Of a DNA stretch of 64,000 bases, positions 57,753-64,000 are shown in pieces. The position numbers and the translations under genes were made by a program. Numbering within the stretch: the first letter of the stretch is position 1; the number at the start of each line of letters is the position of its first letter. Source of the stretch: Candidatus Heimdallarchaeum aukensis (GTDB lineage: Archaea; Asgardarchaeota; Heimdallarchaeia; Heimdallarchaeales; Heimdallarchaeaceae). The notes under the pieces are model-generated. The model was given only the letters and a program-made list of their open reading frames with translations. It was not told the DNA's origin and did no database searches. The stretch covers positions 1,824,001 through 1,888,000 of the forward strand of contig CP084166.1 in assembly GCA_021513695.1 (NCBI GenBank), read 5' to 3'.

Positions 57753-57828
57753 TGGCGGGCCAGGCAGGATTTGAACCTACGATAGCCTGCTCCGGAGGCA
57801 GGTGCCTTATCCACTAGACTACTGGCCC
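57753..57828 (-). tRNA. tRNA-Arg (anticodon CCG), intronless, CCA encoded
   Basis: Hand fold: acceptor GGGCCAG/CUGGCCC, D arm GUCU-AGUGGAUA-AGGC, anticodon stem CCUGC/GCAGG with loop CUCCGGA, T arm GUAGG-UUCAAAU-CCUGC, G73. 76 nt. Confidence 0.8.
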
Positions 57829-57934
57829 AAGATTAATTAAAGTAGAATTGAAAAAGTTGTCATTTTCGGACAAATAACTCGTTTTTATAAAGTAAATTCG
57901 GTTCTTGGAAAAGAATAAAGGTTAAAATTTCTAA

Positions 57935-58279
57935 CTAATCATATTCTCTCCAAGTGTGACCACATTCCACGCACCGGAAAAACCGAGTTGGAGATTCATC
58001 TGCACTTCTAGTCTGTCGTTGCCAATAGGTAACCCTCTGCTTCTTTTCACATTTTGGACAGTATAATTCTCTTGTAGGCAAGGTTTCATCAATCGCAGAC
58101 TCGTCAATAACCTCCGACTTTAATAACTCTCTTTCTATATCATGGTTAATTTCCTCTGTAAATGAATTATCTTGGGCATCACTAATTTCCTTTGTATAAC
58201 CGCATTTTGTACAAATTAATTTACTACTTTCTGGTATCAATAATTTTCCACACTTAGGACAAAATTCCAATAGTATCAC
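57935..58279 (-). CDS. tfs: Transcription factor S (TFS) / RNAP subunit M-like
   Basis: N-terminal zinc ribbon CPKCGKLL...CTKCGY and C-terminal TFIIS-type ribbon CPKCEKKQRVTYWQRQTRSADESPTRFFRCVECGHTWR. Confidence 0.8.
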   Translation of the reverse strand: MILLEFCPKCGKLLIPESSKLICTKCGYTKEISDAQDNSFTEEINHDIERELLKSEVIDESAIDETLPTRELYCPKCEKKQRVTYWQRQTRSADESPTRFFRCVECGHTWREYD

Positions 58280-58359
58280 CTATACGCCTTGAATGATACT
58301 AAAATTATTGTTTCAAAAATATTTCTTTTAAAGTAAAAAATTGGAAAAAAATTATGATT

Positions 58360-59100
58360 TCAGACAAACATTCCTTTATCTGAATCATCCTTTTCAGCCT
58401 GAGGTTTGTTAGCTTTCAGCAGACTCTGAATTTCTTTTTCAATTTTTTCAGCTTGCTCAATTAGTGCAGAAATATCTACAGTAATACCAACCATCTTTTC
58501 TATCTCTTTAATTGCAATACTTGCTGCAATTGGGTCGGGCCTTGATCTTTCTGCGTAAGGTAATAAAGCCATAGCTGGAAAATCATGTAATTCAGAAAAG
58601 AGCATTACATAGGCTAAAGGCCCAGTTACATAGAGACCCTCATCTAAAGTTGGAATTGAAATAGACTTCTCAAGTTTAATAAAAGCTTGAGTATATATCG
58701 CTTTTAGCTGGTTATCATCTTTAAGTCTGTTGTCTAAGCCACCAACCAATATTGCTTGTTTAAAACCAGTATCAATACACCATTTTACTAATGTTTTTGT
58801 AAATTTTAAGTGCTCACTTTTTATTGGTTCAAAAATAGGTAATACAATGACTAGATTATCCTTTCGGTATATTTCAAAGGGAAAAGTAATGCGTTCATTT
58901 TTTATAGTTATAAATTGAGGTATATTTTCTGTAATTATAAAACCTATTCTCTTAGCTTCTATCTTTTCAACAATGTGACTAACAGATATATAACCACACT
59001 CACCAATCCCATGCCAACCATTCAATAATGTACAACCTTTAAAATCCTCTTTTTCTTTAAATACAAAACTAATTTCTCCGTAGTTTTTTGTAAAAACCAT
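58360..59100 (-). CDS. PAC2-family protein (archaeal proteasome-assembly-chaperone-like, PbaA/B)
   Basis: 246-aa ORF. The call rests on overall resemblance to COG1938/PAC2 proteins and is tentative. Confidence 0.45.
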   Translation of the reverse strand: MVFTKNYGEISFVFKEKEDFKGCTLLNGWHGIGECGYISVSHIVEKIEAKRIGFIITENIPQFITIKNERITFPFEIYRKDNLVIVLPIFEPIKSEHLKFTKTLVKWCIDTGFKQAILVGGLDNRLKDDNQLKAIYTQAFIKLEKSISIPTLDEGLYVTGPLAYVMLFSELHDFPAMALLPYAERSRPDPIAASIAIKEIEKMVGITVDISALIEQAEKIEKEIQSLLKANKPQAEKDDSDKGMFV

Positions 59101-59145
59101 ATTTTTCCACCAATAAGATTAAATAGAAAAGAAAAATGAAGAAGG

Positions 59146-59880
59146 TTATTTCCTTCCTTTCTTTCGACCACTTCGTTTAGCAGCTATCAAACCAACTTTC
59201 TTTCCTGGTTGAGAATGTCTAGATACTGTTGTAGATCTTGGTGGACCTTGATGTGAGCCACCACCATGTGGATGACTGACAGCATTCATGGCAACACCTC
59301 GAACACGTGGGTAATAATGGCCTTTTGCTTTCATTGCATGATATTTATTTCCTGCTTTAACAAAAGGTTTCTCTGTTCGACCTCCACCAGCAACAATACC
59401 AATAGTTGCTCTACATTTTTGTGGAATCTCTTTTATTTCACCGCTAGGTAACTGAACTTTGACTTTGCCTTTATCTCTGCCAAGGATTAAAGCATAGCCA
59501 CCACTTGAACGAATAATTCGACCACCATCACCTGGAGTAAGTTCGATATTAAATACAGGAGTTCCATCGGGTATAAATTGTAAAGGAAGGGTATTGTTAA
59601 TTTGTATAGAAGCTGCTGCCCCATACTCTATCTGTTGACCTACTCTAACACCTTCAGAAACTAAACTAACCTTTTTGAGTTCATCCTCAAAAAGAATTCT
59701 TGCGATAGGAGCTCCTCTTCCAGGATCATGGATAATATCTTTAACTACACCAGTAATTTTCCCGGAGTATTCTATTTTAGAGAGTTTTCTATATTTTACA
59801 CTCCCTTTTCTTTTATGAGAAGCGGCACGAAATTGTGATGTTCCTCTTCCGCGTCTTTGGACTAAAATTTTCTTACCCAT
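59146..59880 (-). CDS. rpl2: Ribosomal protein uL2
   Basis: ...GGRTEKPFVKAGNKYHAMKAKGHYYPRVRGVAMNAVSHPHGGGSHQ... Confidence 0.9.
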   Translation of the reverse strand: MGKKILVQRRGRGTSQFRAASHKRKGSVKYRKLSKIEYSGKITGVVKDIIHDPGRGAPIARILFEDELKKVSLVSEGVRVGQQIEYGAAASIQINNTLPLQFIPDGTPVFNIELTPGDGGRIIRSSGGYALILGRDKGKVKVQLPSGEIKEIPQKCRATIGIVAGGGRTEKPFVKAGNKYHAMKAKGHYYPRVRGVAMNAVSHPHGGGSHQGPPRSTTVSRHSQPGKKVGLIAAKRSGRKKGRK

Positions 59881-59892
59881 TTTTTCACCACC

Positions 59893-60162
59893 TTAGAATA
59901 GACCCATCTTCGAAGCAATATCAGCAGCATCATCAAATTCACTCAATTTTACATAGGCTTTTTTCGTACCTCGTGGGGTAATTAAAGTATTAACTTTTTC
60001 TACTTTAACATTATACAATTTTTCTATTGCTTCCTTGATTTGATGCTTTGTTGCTCTACGATCAACTAGGACGACGAGTTTATTTTCTCTTTCAATTAAC
60101 TCGAAATCTTTCTCGCTAATTAAAGGTTTTTTAATTATATTGTACAAATCCATTATCCTCAC
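59893..60162 (-). CDS. rpl23: Ribosomal protein uL23
   Basis: 89 aa; [22 protein letters not shown] pattern and its position between uL4 and uL2. Confidence 0.8.
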   Translation of the reverse strand: MRIMDLYNIIKKPLISEKDFELIERENKLVVLVDRRATKHQIKEAIEKLYNVKVEKVNTLITPRGTKKAYVKLSEFDDAADIASKMGLF

Positions 60163-60944
60163 CTGTATTTTTCATTCAAATATGCAACAGCTTTTTCAGT
60201 CCATATTGTTAGTCGACCTGGATCAGCTCCTGGAGCAAGTAACTCTGTTCGTAATTTATCAACTGGTTGCACATCAACTCCTAAAACATTTCTAGCAGCT
60301 TTTAGTATGGGACTATCGTCATTACCTACAACAATTAATGGGCCAACAGGCGTTTTATATCTTCGTCCACGCATTTTTCCTTTTCCAGGGCGGATACGAC
60401 GACCATTTTTAACTCGTTCTAGATCTGCCCCAACGCCTAAATTTTTCAACAATTTAATTGCATCCTTTGTTTTTGATATGTCTTCTGCTTTTGACTCTAC
60501 GATTATTGGAAACTCAACAGAATCATTGAAGCGATGTCCTCTTTCTCGTACTGCATCTTTTAATGCTGTAAAAGCAATCGACGATTTCAAAGCAAGAAGA
60601 TGCTCTTTTTTGTTGATTTTCTCAATAATGTTTTTAGCACTTTTTGGAGGATGCGCTTTGTGTCCACCTCTTGCTTGTGGTACAAAAGCTCCACGTTGGG
60701 CACTATGGGTTCTCGTTCCTTTTGTTCGAGGTACCCTTGCTGCTCCTCTTCCAGGACCCCAGTTTTCTACAGAAACTAGTCTACCAGCTAAGGGACTAAC
60801 TCCTTTTGGTTGCCTGTTCCAACTTTGTTCTGCAAGGACAGCACGTTTAATTACATCTTTCCTTAATGGAGTTTTAAAAACAACAGGTAGTTCCATTTCG
60901 ACATTTGTCTTTGTACCATTTACTGACATAATAATAGCTTTCAT
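60159..60944 (-). CDS. rpl4: Ribosomal protein uL4
   Basis: 261 aa; position and sequence (..[32 protein letters not shown]..). Confidence 0.85.
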   Translation of the reverse strand: MKAIIMSVNGTKTNVEMELPVVFKTPLRKDVIKRAVLAEQSWNRQPKGVSPLAGRLVSVENWGPGRGAARVPRTKGTRTHSAQRGAFVPQARGGHKAHPPKSAKNIIEKINKKEHLLALKSSIAFTALKDAVRERGHRFNDSVEFPIIVESKAEDISKTKDAIKLLKNLGVGADLERVKNGRRIRPGKGKMRGRRYKTPVGPLIVVGNDDSPILKAARNVLGVDVQPVDKLRTELLAPGADPGRLTIWTEKAVAYLNEKYR

Positions 60945-60949
60945 TCATT

Positions 60950-61951
60950 TCACCCTTGTTGACTTTTCCTTGATATATAAGTTATCTGTGGCTCTTTTTC
61001 TTGCTGCGGAGTTTTTCTCATGGGTTTTCTCAAAAATACTGTACGCTTTTTGCTTCCAGGAATTGAACCTTTAACTAAAACGTAGTTATTTTTTACCAGC
61101 CCATAATTTACAAATCCGCCATCAGGAATAATTTCTTTACCATCAGAACCTATTTGCATAATTCTTTTGTTGTATTCTGTACGAGTATGAAAACCCATTT
61201 GACCATGTCGGGGAACAGTCCACATTGTTCGTGCTGGGTGCCAGGGGCCTATTGAACCAACACCACGTTTTGTTCCTTTAGATTTGTGTTGTAGTATTTT
61301 GATTCCATGTCTTTTAACAGGTCCTTGGAAACCTTTTCCTTTTGTAACAGCAATTACATCGGCAAACTCTCCAGCTTTGAACACATCACGTATCATTACT
61401 TCCTTGCCTAATAGAGATAATCCATATTCGAATCCTTCAGAGGGACTATTACAACCGATTTTTATTTCGGCAATAGAGGGGGTTTTTGTACCTATCCCAG
61501 TCAAGTATGGTTGTGTATGTACAATGGCTCTGATCTCCACCATTTCGGGGAGCTTTTCTTCAAAGTTCTTTTTTGCTTTCTCAAAATCGTATTTTTTAGG
61601 GGTTTTAACACGCCGACGTAATTCTTCCTTATATTCAGAAGAGAAGAGATCAGCTGAAATACTAAGACCATATGGAGTCTTAGCGTAGCCGCGGAGACCA
61701 TAAACAACAATTGGTGGGGTCTCAATAACAGTGCAAGCTACTGTTACCTCGCGGTTCGCCAGATGACTTTGCCGGCGATCCTCTATATACGATAGTTGGC
61801 TCATTCCCGCTTTGATACCTAAGAAACCAAGCAACTTTGGCTGCCCGTTATATTCTGGCCAAGCTCTTGGTTTAGGAGTAAGCCTTGCGGCCCTATTCCT
61901 TCTGTATCCAAGCGATGAGCGACGAGGTGCATGGCTTGTTCTACTTCCCAT
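60950..61951 (-). CDS. rpl3: Ribosomal protein uL3
   Basis: 333 aa; ...FKAGEFADVIAVTKGKGFQGPVKRHGIKILQHKSKGTKRGVGSIGPWHPARTMWTVPRHGQMGFHTRTEYN... Its 5' two-thirds are duplicated at 63473-64000. Confidence 0.9.
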   Translation of the reverse strand: MGSRTSHAPRRSSLGYRRNRAARLTPKPRAWPEYNGQPKLLGFLGIKAGMSQLSYIEDRRQSHLANREVTVACTVIETPPIVVYGLRGYAKTPYGLSISADLFSSEYKEELRRRVKTPKKYDFEKAKKNFEEKLPEMVEIRAIVHTQPYLTGIGTKTPSIAEIKIGCNSPSEGFEYGLSLLGKEVMIRDVFKAGEFADVIAVTKGKGFQGPVKRHGIKILQHKSKGTKRGVGSIGPWHPARTMWTVPRHGQMGFHTRTEYNKRIMQIGSDGKEIIPDGGFVNYGLVKNNYVLVKGSIPGSKKRTVFLRKPMRKTPQQEKEPQITYISRKSQQG

Positions 61952-62100
61952 GTTATCTCACATCTTTATTTTTATTTTTTATACCATAAAACCAGTTTGT
62001 TATTTTTAATGTACAAACTGGTATCTTATGCTTGTATTCCGAAAATCATTTTGCTCATATAAAGATGTTGTTTTGCGTTTTTTATAATACAGCTAGAAAA

Positions 62101-62625
62101 CTAGACTTTACTAAAATAACGTTTTAAAGGACTTCCACAATCTGGACAATGAACCAGTTTTTTTGTGAATTTAGCTCCACACACAGTACATTTCCAGAAA
62201 TACTTTTTCTTTTTTGTAATTTTAAAGAAAGAAGATTCTACTCTAATATTAAATATCTTACATAAATTTTGAATAGCATTATCATCTGAAATGATAGTGA
62301 ACTCTGGGTTTTCTATTGCAAGAGCTATAATAGTAAGATCATAACTCGATAATCGTCCATATTCACCAGCTTGCTTAGCTAGATTAACTGCTTTAGAAAA
62401 GGAAGAAGATGAAGGGATGAGAAAAAGAATGTTTTGTTTATTCTCAAGAAGACTTAAAACTAAATTGCTTTCAAATGATTTTAATTCCTCAGTGATATTA
62501 GCGGGAATTATAACAACACAATCGTCTGTTAAGAACCAATCTTTTGCCAAGATTTGGATTACAACCGTAGAGTCTAGTATTAATTTTTTTGGAAAATTTT
62601 TAGGTAAATGTCGCTCTTGAACCAA
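62101..62625 (-). CDS. nob1: Nob1-like PIN endonuclease with C-terminal zinc ribbon
   Basis: PIN acidic residues (LDSTVVIQ, IISDDNAIQN) plus CTVCGAKFTKKLVHCPDCGSP. Confidence 0.65.
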   Translation of the reverse strand: MVQERHLPKNFPKKLILDSTVVIQILAKDWFLTDDCVVIIPANITEELKSFESNLVLSLLENKQNILFLIPSSSSFSKAVNLAKQAGEYGRLSSYDLTIIALAIENPEFTIISDDNAIQNLCKIFNIRVESSFFKITKKKKYFWKCTVCGAKFTKKLVHCPDCGSPLKRYFSKV

Positions 62626-62630
62626 TTAAT

Positions 62631-63539
62631 TCACCGAATACGTTCCAACAACTTATTTCGAACACGTTTTATATAATTATCAGAGAATCTAATAAATCTA
62701 ATTTTTTCTCCAGATTTGTAAATCTTTACATGTTCATTGTATCCTAACGTGTAGTGAGCCTGTCCATCAACAACAACGATGCCTGTTCTGAATTTAGCCT
62801 CGTTAGTAACTGTTACTACCGTATCAGTTGAAAAAACAATAGGAGAAACATTTACAATAAAGGGACAGATTGGAACAAGGCAAAAAGCTTCTACATTAGG
62901 CATAATCAAAGGTCCTCCAGCTGACCTTGCATATGCGCTAGAACCTGCACTTGTAGAAACGATTACACCATCACCTTCAATAACATAAAATAATTTGTCA
63001 TTAATTTCAACCTTTAACCTCATAATGTTTCCATGATTCTTTGGAACAATAGTTATATCATTAACTGCTGAAATAGGGGGATAAGACTCTGATGAGACAG
63101 CTACTGTTGAAAACTCTTCTATTATAAATTCATCATTCAATATTTTATTGATTGCCCAATCTAACTTTTGTGGAATTATCTCAGTAAGAAAACCTACACG
63201 ACCACAATTAACTCCCAAAATAGGAGATTCTTTCCATTGAGTAAAAGTTTTCAGGATTGTCCCATCTCCTCCAAAAACAATGACTAGATCGGGTTGTTGT
63301 CCTTGTATAATGAAATCAGATTTCCGTAAATTTTTAGCTAAAACTTGACTTAGAGCAACCTTATAACCCTTTTCTAATAACATAGAAAGCGCTTCTGATG
63401 CAGAAATCAAAGCACTTTCTTTTTCTGATGAAACTAGAAGTATTAAAGAATCTTTTGTCAGCAATGCCCTTCTGTTGTAGTATTTTGATTCCATGTCTTT
63501 TAACAGGTCCTTGGAAACCTTTTCCTTTTGTAACAGCAA
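62631..63539 (-). CDS. nadK: NAD(+) kinase. The first 20 codons lie in an alternative frame of the duplicated rpl3 fragment (chimeric start).
   Basis: GGDGT motif (VIVFGGDGTILK), NCGRVGFL, and the C-terminal NadK fold. The junction with the rpl3 copy is at 63472/63473. Confidence 0.75.
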   Translation of the reverse strand: MLLQKEKVSKDLLKDMESKYYNRRALLTKDSLILLVSSEKESALISASEALSMLLEKGYKVALSQVLAKNLRKSDFIIQGQQPDLVIVFGGDGTILKTFTQWKESPILGVNCGRVGFLTEIIPQKLDWAINKILNDEFIIEEFSTVAVSSESYPPISAVNDITIVPKNHGNIMRLKVEINDKLFYVIEGDGVIVSTSAGSSAYARSAGGPLIMPNVEAFCLVPICPFIVNVSPIVFSTDTVVTVTNEAKFRTGIVVVDGQAHYTLGYNEHVKIYKSGEKIRFIRFSDNYIKRVRNKLLERIR

Positions 63540-64000
63540 TTACATCGGCAAACTCTCCAGCTTTGAACACATCACGTATCATTACTTCCTTGCCTAATAG
63601 AGATAATCCATATTCGAATCCTTCAGAGGGACTATTACAACCGATTTTTATTTCGGCAATAGAGGGGGTTTTTGTACCTATCCCAGTCAAGTATGGTTGT
63701 GTATGTACAATGGCTCTGATCTCCACCATTTCGGGGAGCTTTTCTTCAAAGTTCTTTTTTGCTTTCTCAAAATCGTATTTTTTAGGGGTTTTAACACGCC
63801 GACGTAATTCTTCCTTATATTCAGAAGAGAAGAGATCAGCTGAAATACTAAGACCATATGGAGTCTTAGCGTAGCCGCGGAGACCATAAACAACAATTGG
63901 TGGGGTCTCAATAACAGTGCAAGCTACTGTTACCTCGCGGTTCGCCAGATGACTTTGCCGGCGATCCTCTATATACGATAGTTGGCTCATTCCCGCTTTG
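63361..64000 (-). pseudogene. Truncated second copy of rpl3 (N-terminal part only), fused out of frame to nadK sequence
   Basis: Identical to uL3 residues ...MSQLSYIEDRRQ...HGIKILQ, then QKGIADKRFF...RKGL* read from nadK DNA in the wrong frame. Confidence 0.7.
63473..64000. repeat. Perfect direct duplicate of 61287-61814, the 5' portion of rpl3; continues past the window end
   Basis: 528 of 528 nt identical by direct reading; the copies are offset by 2186 bp. It forms the truncated rpl3 ORF at 63361-63990, which ends in 37 out-of-frame codons. Confidence 0.85.

Noticed and set aside
1-64000. CRISPR arrays, rRNA genes, prophage or integrase-bounded islands
   Set aside because: I saw no spaced direct-repeat arrays, no rRNA-like GC-rich blocks, and no tyrosine or serine integrase. 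The only tRNA-adjacent element is the tnpB insertion, and it has no att duplication.

Overview
This looks like a chromosomal segment from an AT-rich archaeon, roughly 30% GC by eye, and I make no firm claim about lineage. It is dominated by information-processing genes. These include the RNA polymerase subunits rpoA1, an intein-containing rpoA2, rpoD and tfs; ribosomal proteins uL3, uL4, uL23, uL2, uS9, uL13, eL18, uS12, eS27 and probably eL38; the translation factors aRF1 and aIF5A and TrpRS. They also include the replication genes PCNA and a GINS-like gene, A-type ATPase atpA (with an intein) and atpB, and a UDP-GlcNAc biosynthesis cluster (glmS, a GlmU-like gene, a SIS isomerase and glmM). 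I found four tRNA genes. Leu-CAA has a canonical intron, Ala-CGC has an apparent T-loop intron, a type-II Ser-like CGA tRNA has a short intron, and Arg-CCG has none. The mobile or selfish DNA is clear. There are two LAGLIDADG-type inteins at classic sites, the AtpA P-loop and the RpoA'' GEPGTQM/TLQTFHY site. There is a compositionally foreign, GC-richer TnpB (IS1341/OMEGA-type) element between rpoD and tRNA-Leu. There are two decayed copies of a 1.02-kb IS481-like rve/DDE insertion sequence, each still flanked by its own perfect 16-bp target duplication. At the right end of the window, a perfect direct duplication of at least 528 bp of the 5' part of rpl3 is fused to nadK, giving a chimeric nadK start. 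This is either a recent tandem segmental duplication or an assembly artefact. Other items worth a look are a surface module of two FKBP-like membrane paralogues with cytoplasmic zinc-ribbon tails next to an HExxH metalloprotease, and strongly scrambled operon order. I found no CRISPR arrays or rRNA genes.
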